Source: a virus
Reading direction: 5' to 3' (one strand)
Length of the DNA stretch: 64,000 nt
IMG/VR virus record: IMGVR_UViG_3300043442_000189
Program-made: the position numbers and the translations under genes
The notes under the pieces: model-generated
Told to the model about the DNA's origin: nothing
The model's database searches: none
The model's input: the letters and a program-made list of their open reading frames with translations, nothing else
Shown: positions 10,609 to 21,700 of the stretch, in pieces
Position numbering within the stretch: position 1 is the first letter of the stretch
Layout: the number at the start of each line of letters is the position of its first letter

Positions 10609-13600
10609 TTTTCTTTCTTAACTGTCTAACAATACTTTCATAATTATTTTGAAGGTCTGTTGATAGTTGAGCATAAAGATAATTAATATCAATGTCTTGC
10701 TCAACATACTGCTGATTAACACTCATCAATTGTCCGGATTCTGGATCCACATATTTAAGAGAGTGATCAATTACATACTGACCGTTTGCTGACTTCTTGA
10801 TACTAGAAGCTCCTCCATATTGAGAATAGGAACTTATATCTAATTGACCTGTTGAATTCAATATAAATTCTAAATCTGATGTCTCAGTAGATTTAAAGAA
10901 CTGCGAGTTTACTTTATCTCTATCCATAACCACAGAAATATCAGTACCTTCAAGTCCCCAAGTAATTCCTTTGTTCTTCTCTGTACCTTTATACTTCTTT
11001 ATAAAGTCTTCTGATAAAGTAAATGTCAAACCTACTTTGTTAGGATCACCTTGAACCATACCACTTCTTGTAATATCAAACAAGGGTCTGTCATCATTTG
11101 ATTCTTTCCATTTTGTCTGGAAAGAACTTCTTAGAATCTGAGACAAGATACGAGATGCGTTTGGATTATTACCAACCTCATCATCTGCCTCTAAATTCAT
11201 TAAGTTACCCTCAAGGAATGTTGCTCCTTTAGCAGCAGGATTCTTTAATGCGGGTGCGATATCTTTAGCATATAAATCTCTTACTGCATCTTTCAGCGCA
11301 CTCTTTCCAGCAGGATCAAAACTATAAATTCTATTCTGAGAAAAGATACCTGTAATACCATCATCTAAAGAACCACGTCCTGACTTTAATCCTTGAACTT
11401 CATCACTATTATAAGTCTTTCTGTATTTCTCGTCTAGGTCTTGATAGATATCATCAACATCATCAATAACACCATTAAAAATCAAACCTGCAAGAAATCC
11501 TACACCAGCACCAATAGGTCCTCCGGTAGCACCAGCTGCGGTAAGACCTGCTGTAGTAAGTAATTCACCATAGCCAGATGATTCACCTTCTAATAAACTA
11601 GGATCATACTTAGCTGCATAGTCTTTTGCAAATTGCTCAAAGTTTTTCTTTGTACCGTTTGGTGTAAACATCATATCGATCATACCAGGTTCAAAGTCAT
11701 TACCGTATTTAGCAATCATTCTATCACGAACAAGCTTGTTATTATTAGCAACATTGCCTAAAGCAGCATTCTTTTTCATTTGAGCAAGATCAATACTTTG
11801 TTTTAATTTAGCATTGTTTGCTAAAAATACTTGATCATCTCTAAATAATCCGTCTCCTTGAGTTGATACAAAACTATCAAGTCTTGATTTTAAAGCATCA
11901 AAGTTATTAGGGTTATTATAATCTGTTCCGGTTACATTATTTCTAAAACTAGCAAGTTCGCCAGCAGATGTCATATAACCATCTTTTGTTTTCTTTGGTA
12001 CTGGTACACTGGATGTCTTATCAGAGTTATCCATGAAATCCTCAACACCGTTATACATTGCAATACCACCAACAGCAAGTGCAGCCCAACCAATAGGGTT
12101 ACTTAAACCTGCTGCTAGTAATATACCCGAACCTATAATACCCATGTCAGCACCAGCTGCAAATTCTACACCACCTAGTATCTCATTAAATAACGAACCT
12201 TCTCCATTTTCTGCAGCTTCTTTAAGTGCTTTCTGATACTCGGGATCATTAGGATCTTCATATACAGATGCTGTACCGAATATTTCTTCTCTCTTCTTAG
12301 CTGCTAATTCACGTTCTTGTTTTGATCTATTAGGATCTGCAATTACCGCGTTTAGTTTATCAAGTACATATTTTGATTGTGCTTCTAAACCACCAGCGTA
12401 ATCATCGTTAGCACTATTAATTTCACCCTCAACTAACTTGATAGGATCTACTTTATTTACTTGACCAGCACCACCATCAACAGGCATTCCTTCTTCATCA
12501 AATACCATTTCAGCTTCTGCTTCTGCAGCTGCTTTCTCTTCTGCTTTCTGTCTTCTTTCTAAAGTATCTTTTAGTAATATTTCTGAAACACGTAAACTGT
12601 GCTCATATCCTGCAAGTGCGTATTGATCTGCTTTGATATCTACTTTCATAGTATTCATAGCGAAGTCTGTAGCAGCACCTTGCATATCACCATAGAATAG
12701 TTGATTTGCCATAGCACTATCTACACGAGCACGCATAGAATTGATATCTAGATTCTCAATACCTTCTATATTACTAAGAGTGGATTTAGAAAAGTCAACT
12801 GCTGATGTGTTAAGTTCTTCTTGGGTATTTAATGAGTCAAACGCTTCTAGGAAACTCTTATCTAGATTTTCTTCTATAGGAGTTTTCTCGATTGATTTCT
12901 GACCAGCAACTTTCTTATTCTTAGTAGTCTTGAGTTCTTCCTCTGCTTGTTTTAATAACTCTTGTTGGATCCGATTAATCTCAGTAATCTTAGTATTAAG
13001 ATAATCTCTTTCAGCTCCTTCTTCTCCACCAAACTTTTCAGCGTATTGAGTAGCATAATCTTTACGTTCTAGATATGCTGATGTTTGATACATGCTCATA
13101 GCAGCACCATCACCTTTAAGGTAGTTTACAAATGCATCTGTAAGACTAGGAATCTGTTGTGGTCCACCTGTGGTTGTAATAATATATCTTCCGTCAGGTG
13201 TCCAGCTGATGTTCTGTGCTTCATCAAATCCCATTTCTTTTGCAAAGTCCATTGCTTTTGCATAGACATTTACATAAGGTGTGTAAGTAGGGTTAGCAAA
13301 ACCTAACGTATCATTAATATTTACTTTTGTAAACTCATCTAATTTATAATTCAATGCTCTTACACCACCATCCCAATATTTACCACCGCATTTCTTTTCG
13401 TCAGTACAGTTCTTAAAACCTTCTGCTCTCTCTAACTCCCTTCTATAATTCTTTGTAAACGCTATATCTCTTTGAATAAACTTATCGTCAATAAGAGGTT
13501 GGAATATTTTCCCAGCTGCTTTTACATTCTGATCTTTAGATAAATCTAAACCAGATATTTTTTTAATATCATTATCAATCTTTGTAAAGAATTCGTCTCG

Positions 13601-13789
13601 TCTGTTAATGTTATCAGTACGAGACATTTCAGAGTTTAACAGAGTTCCGTATATGCTACTAATCTTTTCATAACCTGCATCATATTGCGCTTGCTTTGTT
13701 TGTAAAGCATTCGAATAGAAGTTAAAGTCAGGTACAAAAGGTTGTATCCTTGGTATATAATCTGTTACTCCGGGTAAGTACGTTGCCAT
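10598..13789 (-). CDS. Virion cargo/ejection protein with putative transmembrane glycine-zipper segments
   Basis: 1063 aa; N-terminus MATYLPGVTDYIPRIQPFVPDFNFY; two Gly/Ala-rich hydrophobic stretches (GIIGSGILLAAGLSNPIGWAALAVGG; TAGLTAAGATGGPIGAGVGFLAGLIF). Confidence 0.65.
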   Translation of the reverse strand: MATYLPGVTDYIPRIQPFVPDFNFYSNALQTKQAQYDAGYEKISSIYGTLLNSEMSRTDNINRRDEFFTKIDNDIKKISGLDLSKDQNVKAAGKIFQPLIDDKFIQRDIAFTKNYRRELERAEGFKNCTDEKKCGGKYWDGGVRALNYKLDEFTKVNINDTLGFANPTYTPYVNVYAKAMDFAKEMGFDEAQNISWTPDGRYIITTTGGPQQIPSLTDAFVNYLKGDGAAMSMYQTSAYLERKDYATQYAEKFGGEEGAERDYLNTKITEINRIQQELLKQAEEELKTTKNKKVAGQKSIEKTPIEENLDKSFLEAFDSLNTQEELNTSAVDFSKSTLSNIEGIENLDINSMRARVDSAMANQLFYGDMQGAATDFAMNTMKVDIKADQYALAGYEHSLRVSEILLKDTLERRQKAEEKAAAEAEAEMVFDEEGMPVDGGAGQVNKVDPIKLVEGEINSANDDYAGGLEAQSKYVLDKLNAVIADPNRSKQERELAAKKREEIFGTASVYEDPNDPEYQKALKEAAENGEGSLFNEILGGVEFAAGADMGIIGSGILLAAGLSNPIGWAALAVGGIAMYNGVEDFMDNSDKTSSVPVPKKTKDGYMTSAGELASFRNNVTGTDYNNPNNFDALKSRLDSFVSTQGDGLFRDDQVFLANNAKLKQSIDLAQMKKNAALGNVANNNKLVRDRMIAKYGNDFEPGMIDMMFTPNGTKKNFEQFAKDYAAKYDPSLLEGESSGYGELLTTAGLTAAGATGGPIGAGVGFLAGLIFNGVIDDVDDIYQDLDEKYRKTYNSDEVQGLKSGRGSLDDGITGIFSQNRIYSFDPAGKSALKDAVRDLYAKDIAPALKNPAAKGATFLEGNLMNLEADDEVGNNPNASRILSQILRSSFQTKWKESNDDRPLFDITRSGMVQGDPNKVGLTFTLSEDFIKKYKGTEKNKGITWGLEGTDISVVMDRDKVNSQFFKSTETSDLEFILNSTGQLDISSYSQYGGASSIKKSANGQYVIDHSLKYVDPESGQLMSVNQQYVEQDIDINYLYAQLSTDLQNNYESIVRQLRKKNGE

Positions 13790-13813
13790 AGTTTGTAAAG
13801 GTAATAATTATCT

Positions 13814-16381
13814 TTATCCGTTTTGTGAATATTGTGGTCCTACGTTATATCCGTATGCATTCATATATGCGTCCGCAGCTGCAGTATTTCTTTTAGATTT
13901 ACCTGGTGTACTGGTTGCCATTTCCCAAATTGTTTGACTATCTTCATCAGGCATGATTCCACGCAATTGTCTGAATCTATCGATTTGTGGATCATATCCC
14001 ACATTGCTAGCTACCATTTCATCACCACCAGTAAATGTGGTAAATCCACCACTTATAGGATCAACCATATAATTATCACCATATACAGCATTAAGTGTTT
14101 GTGCTTTAGCTCTATTGGTGATAGCATTTATAAATGATGAGCGTAGTTGTTCTCTTGCTTGTGCTTTAGCATTATCATACTGTTGATTTGCAATAACATT
14201 TGAGTCATACAAATTCTTAGCAATATCTGCATTTGCCATTGCAGTTTGATTAAATATATTTGCTTTAGTCAACTCAAACTGATTAGCTGCACCAACATTA
14301 AGATTGTTATATCTAGATAGAGTATCTGCTGCAGCTTTTGCTGCTTGACCTTGAATCTGAGAAGAACGTGCGTTAAATGCTTGTGCTGGTGCATACGCTG
14401 CAGCACCTTGTGTAGCAATATTTGCTTGCTCACCTATTGTTGCAAGTTCTCTAGTAGGATCGTAGAATGTTGGATTAGGAATATAGGGTGACAACTTAGG
14501 TGACCAAGGTTGGTACTTTTTAATACGTGCCATATCACCAAGTGCTCCTGTTGTAGCAATAATATCCTGTAACCAGAAATCTGCATTTGGATCTTCTTGA
14601 TCAACTTCTAGTTCTTCTGTTGGTACTTCATCAGCTACCTCATCTTGACCTAGATCTTCTTCTGCAATGTTCTCACCGGGAACACCAATGATTTCACCAG
14701 CTGTAGTATTTGTATAAATACCATCGATAGGCGATATCTGTTTGTTTTTACCTGGTTCATCAGCAGCACCAACTTGACCTGGAATAAATCCATCTGCTTC
14801 ACCAGCAAGTGCTAGTTCATTCATTGCACGATAAGTTGCTTGTTGTAATGCAGCATCTGCTGCACCTGGCATTGGTACACCAGCTTCAGCTGCTGCTTTT
14901 TCTAATTCTTCATTAGATACACCTTTTGCAGTATCTGTAGGATTATTAGCAGTCTTTGCAACTTTACCATGATGCACTCCTAAAGCAATGTTACGCTTCT
15001 GCATATCTAAGAACTGTTTTACAACTTGTTCTTTTGTCAATGATTTTTTTAATTCAGCAGGTTTAACTCCCCTAGATGCAAGTGCTTGAGATCTTTGACT
15101 TTCTGGGTTATCAAGTTCCTTTAATGTTGCTTGATAAAGTTTTTCTTGAAGTGCAGGATTAGACATCAACTGATCTTCAATATATTGATACTTACCAGCA
15201 ACATCTTTGTTACCCTTAAATGCTTTATCAGCATCCTTACCTTTATATTCAGGTGCTGTAAATGCTTTACTTACAACTCGGTAACTCTTTCCACTTGCAT
15301 CAGTTGTATAAACGTTTCCTTTATTCTTTGCATCCTTGAAAGCTTTATCACGTGCTTTGCGGTATTCTTCATCTGTTTTATAATCAGATCTCTTAATTAC
15401 CGTAGCACCTTCCGGAATCTTTCTATCAACCTTAATCGTTTTAGTTTGTGTTCCCTTACCTGTAGTTGTTTTTGTAACTCTAGCACCAGGTTTGATAAAC
15501 TCTTGAGGAAGTTGAACATTAGGAGGCAGCGGAGTACCACGACCATCTGTATAGATAACTTCTCCGTTTCTACCAGTCTTCATATAAATACCAGTAGTAG
15601 GATCGAACTGTTGTTGAGAACGTAATCTATTAAGTCTTCTTGCTAAACGATTTTGTCTTCTAACGTTCATACCAAACTGTGCTTCCGGCATAGTCTCCTC
15701 ATCTACAAACTCCTCTTCACTTGGGTTCTCTTCTGCATACATTTCATCTTCATCCATTTCTTCTTGAGGTGTCTCTTGACCCTTTAGAGGTAAAACATCT
15801 TGTGGTTGAATATTATTTGTTGCAAGATATGGTAATGCTACAGTAGGTACTCCACCAGGGAAACCTTTTGTAGACTCTTGATATAAAGCAAGTTTAGCTA
15901 ACTTAAGATTGTAGTTAGCTATCATTTTCTCAGCAGTTTCTTTACTGCGCTTATCCATATCAGGATCAGCTAGAATTTCACGATATTTATTTATATCATA
16001 CTTCTTAGCAATCTGTGCAGGAGTCTTTGGTTTAGTCTCATCAAAGTCAGCAAGTACTTCAGGATCACGGATGATCATACCACGAGTGTCGCTAAAGATA
16101 AACGTATCTTCTGGTAAGTTCAAAGGTGTACCACCTTGTGAATGACGCTTACCACCAATCTTGTAGTGAGCAGGTAATCCGTTTGCATCAGTGATTAAAG
16201 CTGTTTCATTTTTCTCAGCTTCTAAATTCGCTAACTCTCTAGGTACGGGTTGTAATGTATCTCTAACTTGAATAGGTTTCTGACCCATATTGTTAGGCAT
16301 GTACATAGGAGCTAGTTGATTATAACTAACTCCTCCGTCTTTCTTTCGAGGTAAATTTTTTATTTTAACTCTCTTAAGCAT
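13814..16381 (-). CDS. Virion cargo/internal protein, 855 aa
   Basis: Basic N-terminus KRVKIKNLPRK, GKRHSQGG segment, acidic linkers, Ala/Gln-rich helical C-terminus; lies in the cargo block. Confidence 0.6.
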   Translation of the reverse strand: MLKRVKIKNLPRKKDGGVSYNQLAPMYMPNNMGQKPIQVRDTLQPVPRELANLEAEKNETALITDANGLPAHYKIGGKRHSQGGTPLNLPEDTFIFSDTRGMIIRDPEVLADFDETKPKTPAQIAKKYDINKYREILADPDMDKRSKETAEKMIANYNLKLAKLALYQESTKGFPGGVPTVALPYLATNNIQPQDVLPLKGQETPQEEMDEDEMYAEENPSEEEFVDEETMPEAQFGMNVRRQNRLARRLNRLRSQQQFDPTTGIYMKTGRNGEVIYTDGRGTPLPPNVQLPQEFIKPGARVTKTTTGKGTQTKTIKVDRKIPEGATVIKRSDYKTDEEYRKARDKAFKDAKNKGNVYTTDASGKSYRVVSKAFTAPEYKGKDADKAFKGNKDVAGKYQYIEDQLMSNPALQEKLYQATLKELDNPESQRSQALASRGVKPAELKKSLTKEQVVKQFLDMQKRNIALGVHHGKVAKTANNPTDTAKGVSNEELEKAAAEAGVPMPGAADAALQQATYRAMNELALAGEADGFIPGQVGAADEPGKNKQISPIDGIYTNTTAGEIIGVPGENIAEEDLGQDEVADEVPTEELEVDQEDPNADFWLQDIIATTGALGDMARIKKYQPWSPKLSPYIPNPTFYDPTRELATIGEQANIATQGAAAYAPAQAFNARSSQIQGQAAKAAADTLSRYNNLNVGAANQFELTKANIFNQTAMANADIAKNLYDSNVIANQQYDNAKAQAREQLRSSFINAITNRAKAQTLNAVYGDNYMVDPISGGFTTFTGGDEMVASNVGYDPQIDRFRQLRGIMPDEDSQTIWEMATSTPGKSKRNTAAADAYMNAYGYNVGPQYSQNG

Positions 16382-16387
16382 AATTTA

Positions 16388-18715
16388 TTAATCTAAGAAT
16401 TCTACTTGTCCGCCCATAGCAATGATCTCGTCGATCTCTTCTTGAGTAAGATAGTATTCACCACCTTTCTTGTAAGATCCTCCCATTCTTGCATAGGGTG
16501 ATTCAAAGTTATATCCGGTAAATTGTGTAGGAACTTGTTGATCAGGTCTGAAGTAACCTTCATTTGCGGTATAGTCACCTCTAGACATATCCGGCATTTC
16601 TGTAAATACTTGATCAGCTCCCATCTTATTTCTAAACATTTTTTCATTTCTAGAAGCTTCTCTATTCTGCAAACCTGCAGACAATAGATCTAATCCAGCA
16701 CCGATAAATTGTTTAGTATATGGATTTTGTTTTTTACCATACTTAACTTTTAAATTACCTTTTCCTTTTTCACCCATCATTTGAGTAGTATTAGGAACTA
16801 AATCTACAGGAGCAATATTTCCAACATAAGTTGATGCTAAATCTTTTTCACCCATAGAACTATAATCGGGTATTCCATTACTAACTGGAGTATTTAGAGA
16901 TACTGATTCACCTGTTACAGAATCTGTTATTGAATCTGGAATATATTCATTCTCAAAAGTAACAGGACCTGCATCTTGATAATGTTTTAAATATCCACCG
17001 TATTGAAATTCTGGTTCTGTATACTCGTCTCTATTAAATCTATTAGCAATTCTATTATATCTTCGTTCATCACGATTTCTTAAACGCTCCATTCTATCTG
17101 ATATAGGTGCGTCGTAACGCTCATCCAATGACTTTTCTCTCTGCAAATTTCTATCAATACGTTCACCTAAACGAGTTAAACGATCTGTTGCTCTTTGATT
17201 TCTAACATCAGACATATAATTTTTGTCAGAATATCCTTCTGGATTAAATTGACTTTTTCCTATAAGTGGTTCTTTTTCTTCTAGTTTTGGACCCTTTTCA
17301 GGATTCCATCTTTCTTGTTCATCAGGTCTTCCAAATACTCTTTTGAAAAAACCATCTTTCTTTTCTGTCTCAGATTGCTTTTTTCTACCGGGTACATCAC
17401 CTTCCATCTTTCCTGTAGCATTGTCATAGAAAAATGGTTTCTGTTGATTAGCAGATGCTGTAATAGGAGTCATACCGGGACCGTATGTAGTAAAGTCAAA
17501 ACTTGCGCTACGTAAACGTCTTTTTAACGGACCCATCTTAACATCAGCATGAGTTATGAATGTCATATACTGTTGAGGTGACATTCCTAATTGTGCAGCT
17601 TCTTGTTGAACTTGCTGAGGTGTTTTGTTTTCTGGTGCACCTGCTCCTGTTTCTGCTGGAGTTGGTTTAGTGTCTGTACCAGTAGTAGTAGTTATTGTAG
17701 TTGATGCATCCTCAGCTTTTGGTTTCTCTTCTGTTTTACCAGCGGCAGGTGCTTCAGGTTTAGTAGTAGCTTTAGGTTTAGTAGATGTTGCTTTAGGTGC
17801 AGTAGTAGTAGTTGTCTGAGTTCCTCCAATAGGTTGAAAAGGTCTCCAAGGAGCTATTATAGGTTGAGGTACATAACGGGCATAACTATTCTCACCTACA
17901 TAATAATCAGGCATTTCTATAGGAGCATCGCGATCAATAGTTCTAACAGGTCTTTTCTGACCTCTGTTAGTTACTGTAGCTTGTGCAGCACCAGGAATAC
18001 TAAATATCTGAAAAGGATTACCAACTGGTCCTGAAGCTGTTGCAGGTAAATTTCTAAGACGTTCTGCATTCATCATTGCCATATCTCTATTATACTGAGA
18101 AGAACCAAAGTCACCTTGAAATTCTTGTAACTCCATACCATACTGAGCAGTTGGTTTGTAGCGGTACTTCATCTTCTTAATGTAATAGTCATCACCAACA
18201 CTTCCGAAATCTTGAGCAGCTTGTGCAAAATTACCAAAAGCACCCATCACATCACCTTGATCTTCACTAAGATCTGCCCATTGATTTGCTTTATCAAAGT
18301 TGGTTTCGTATCCACCAGACCAACCTCCACCCCATTGCATCATAGCATTATCCATTTCCATAGAAGCTTGATCGTAAGCATCACCCATCATCATACTCTC
18401 ATCTTCCATTTCTTTCTGGAGCGCTTCATACCCTTTCTTTTTAATTCTTTCTAGGAAACTATTAACCTTATTAGGTTTAGGATCTTCGAAAGACATCATG
18501 TTACCACCATCTTGAAATACAAAAGGTGTGTATGGTGTAGGTGCACCATAATTATAGAACTGGTCCATAGTAGGTGCTTGGGGGTATGCTTCACCACCGG
18601 TTTTTTTAACCTTGGGAGCAAATCGTGATGGATTACTATACATAAGAAAGTCTCTTAAATCTATTGAGAGCGGTGAACTTTTTCTACTGCTGTGATTTCT
18701 TTTTTTTCTGTTCAT
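16388..18715 (-). CDS. Virion cargo/internal protein, 775 aa, low complexity, many xQxGG motifs
   Basis: KKTGG, FQDGG, MQWGG, FQYGG, YKKGG motifs; Thr/Pro/Lys-rich linker; cargo block position. Confidence 0.6.
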   Translation of the reverse strand: MNRKKRNHSSRKSSPLSIDLRDFLMYSNPSRFAPKVKKTGGEAYPQAPTMDQFYNYGAPTPYTPFVFQDGGNMMSFEDPKPNKVNSFLERIKKKGYEALQKEMEDESMMMGDAYDQASMEMDNAMMQWGGGWSGGYETNFDKANQWADLSEDQGDVMGAFGNFAQAAQDFGSVGDDYYIKKMKYRYKPTAQYGMELQEFQGDFGSSQYNRDMAMMNAERLRNLPATASGPVGNPFQIFSIPGAAQATVTNRGQKRPVRTIDRDAPIEMPDYYVGENSYARYVPQPIIAPWRPFQPIGGTQTTTTTAPKATSTKPKATTKPEAPAAGKTEEKPKAEDASTTITTTTGTDTKPTPAETGAGAPENKTPQQVQQEAAQLGMSPQQYMTFITHADVKMGPLKRRLRSASFDFTTYGPGMTPITASANQQKPFFYDNATGKMEGDVPGRKKQSETEKKDGFFKRVFGRPDEQERWNPEKGPKLEEKEPLIGKSQFNPEGYSDKNYMSDVRNQRATDRLTRLGERIDRNLQREKSLDERYDAPISDRMERLRNRDERRYNRIANRFNRDEYTEPEFQYGGYLKHYQDAGPVTFENEYIPDSITDSVTGESVSLNTPVSNGIPDYSSMGEKDLASTYVGNIAPVDLVPNTTQMMGEKGKGNLKVKYGKKQNPYTKQFIGAGLDLLSAGLQNREASRNEKMFRNKMGADQVFTEMPDMSRGDYTANEGYFRPDQQVPTQFTGYNFESPYARMGGSYKKGGEYYLTQEEIDEIIAMGGQVEFLD

Positions 18716-18736
18716 CTGGCTAAGATAGTGATATTA

Positions 18737-18746
18737 TATAAGATAC
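18737..18746 (-). promoter_or_regulatory. Putative phage late promoter GTATCTTATA
   Basis: Intergenic copy preceded by AAATTTTA, upstream of the cargo genes. Confidence 0.5.
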
Positions 18747-18752
18747 TAAAAT

Positions 18753-21700
18753 TTACTGGTTTTTCCTAGGGAGACTCTTGATCTTTACTTTTCTTACAGA
18801 ACCTCCATTCTTTTCTTGCATCAATCCTAACTGACCAATCTGATCATAGAATTTACTATAAGATCCGGGATCATTCATTGTTTTAAATCTTTCCCCTGTA
18901 AGCATGTATCTATCTAATGCTTGGTCTCCTATATACTGACCTGATACTACTGAAGGTACATCGATGTCACCTTCATCACTTCCGTAAGTATATTTATATT
19001 CTGTAGCTCCAGTATCCATACCTAGATTAGGTCTTTGTGGATCTGGAAGAATCTCACCTGTTTCTGGATTTATAGGTTGATTATATTCAGGAAGTAAATA
19101 TATATTTTGTTCTTTTAATGGTAATCCAAATGGCATGTCACCACCTTCTTGCATTCGTACAAGACCACCATCTTTGAATTCATAGGTACCCATATAGATA
19201 CCACCGTCCTGCATTCTAACTTTTTTCTTTACTTTATTCACAGCACCTCTGGTTTTTTTCTCTAATGCTTTCAAACCTCTTTCTATTTTTCTATCCGCAG
19301 CGCGCATGCCTCTTCCTGCATATTTTGTTCCTTCGCGAACAACACTTTCAACATTTTCAACTACTGGAGAAATAGCTTCATCGTAAACAAAAGAAGGATC
19401 TGTCCAATCTGTATAATCATAATGTTCACGATCAGCTCTTTGTTTAGCATCTGTATTCCAATAATTACTCTTTACTTTATTATAATCTACGTCTAAGGAT
19501 GCACTATAATCTTGTACTAAGTTAGCATATGAACCAGCATTCTTATGAAGATTAGCATACTGACCTAATCCAGATTTTAAACTACCGTAGTCTCTTCTCT
19601 TAGTTCCTTTTAACTTACTTTCAGACCATGATGTATCAGTTGTTGCATAATCGTACGCTCTTTCAAGTAAGTTTCTACTTTCTGCTTTACTAATATCAGT
19701 AAACTCATTTTTAAGTACGTTATCTATTCCTTTATTATGAGCAAGTGCTAAGACATTTCTCATTGTAATAGGATCCATGTTATCAAATCCTACACCAAAT
19801 GCCTGTTTAAATCTTTCATAATTTCTTGCAGTTTCTAGGAGTGTGGCAGCAGCAGCGTTCTTTTCATCCCAGATATTTTTATCATCTACACCATACTTTT
19901 GAAGAAGTGCTTTTTCTTTATCTGTATTAAAATTAGTATCTACTTTAATTTGAGTTGGTCCACTACTCATCTCATCACCTTCAAACATCCAGTCAGGTGC
20001 TATATCTTTATACAGTTTTGTAAGTTTTCTATTTTTTCTCTTGCTTGTGTATTTATCACCATGAGAAAATCCAGATTCTTTTCCATACACACCAAATGCT
20101 AACTTCATTATCTCTGATGTCTCATTATCAGATAGTTTGAAATCTTGCTGTACTTGAGGCGCGTAGTATGCTAATCCTTGTACATAGTTGTTTGCTTCTG
20201 TAGACTGAGCGGGTATTACCGCACCATTATCACCTTGCTTAGATGACCACTTTTCACCCTCATGTATCAAGCCTCTTTCTTCATCATCTGCTTTTAAGTA
20301 CCTGGGTTTATCACTTACTTTAACACCAAGAGCATTCTCATCAACTTTGTAATTAGGTCGAACAATACCTGATGCCATGTATTTTCTTTTACCATTAATT
20401 ACATCTTGAAGTTTATCTGTATGCCATGTACCATGTATATTGTGTGTTACATATTTGACACCATCTTTTTCTGTAACAACACCAGAGTGGGTTGTTAGAG
20501 TATTACCTTTTGAATTGGATAGCGCTTCCTCTTGAGAACCTGAGTCCTTGTACCACATTTCAACAACGTCTCCTACTTGAGCATCATTAGTTATTTTTTG
20601 AGCATCAATTTTTCTTTTCTTTTTTTCAGACTCAAGTAAGTTTTTAACTCCTTTATTATCATACTCTGTCGGTGTAATGTCAAGATCATTAGTTAATCCG
20701 TATACGCGAGATCCTCCTTTATCAATTATATTTTGACCAACTTCCCAAGAGTCACCGGTTATACCTAAATCTTTTCTGTTTAACTTATCTCCAAAATTTA
20801 TATCTAATCCTAATTGATATCCTGCAGCACATCTATCCTCTACTTTACCATTGATCATACAAGATGTACCATCATCTCTATAAAGATTTGGTGCATTTTT
20901 TTGTAGGACATAATCGAGTTTTTCTACTGTACCTTCTGTTAAAGCTTGGGTTTCTGCTTCTATAGGATTATAGGGTACATCACTTATCTCTCCCATAATA
21001 CTTTGAGAAGGTACCGTTTCCATAAATGCTTGTTTGGTACCATCTGGGAGCTCTATTACACCTCTCTTACTTCCATAATAAAATTGATCAGGATTCAATG
21101 TATCCGCTGGAATACTATAGTCAGGATTTTTAATCTCGTAAGCATACTTGTCTTCAGTCTCTAAAGGTTGAAAACCTTGATCAACTGCTAGTCCACTTTG
21201 CGTATACTGGGGTATATCTGTAACTTTAATATTCTTTTGCTGAACTTGTTCGGGTAAAGAATTATCTAAAGCTTTATTATGAAGAGTCGATGATGTATCA
21301 GCAATTTGTTCATTAAATACAGTACTATCTTCTTCACTAAAGATTGGAGTTTGTGTAGAGTCTTGAGAAGTTTCAGTTCTTGCTTTCTTATTAGTAAAGT
21401 CTCGGTATGCTTTTTCTGTTTTAGGACCCCACACACCATCAACACCATCTTTACTCTTACCAGACTTACCCAAATCATAACCAGCATTCTTAAGTTCTTT
21501 CTGTAGAGATAGAACTTTACTTTTATCTATATTAGTTCTTCTAAAGTTTGTTTGTATACCCTCTGATGCTTTAACTAGACCCCCGTCTTTAAATTCATAT
21601 TTACCTAGGTATATACCACCTTGTTTATACGTATCTTCTTCAAACGCTTGTTGACTGTCCCAGTTTAAGTCACGCATGTATACATTTCCATCAATACCAA

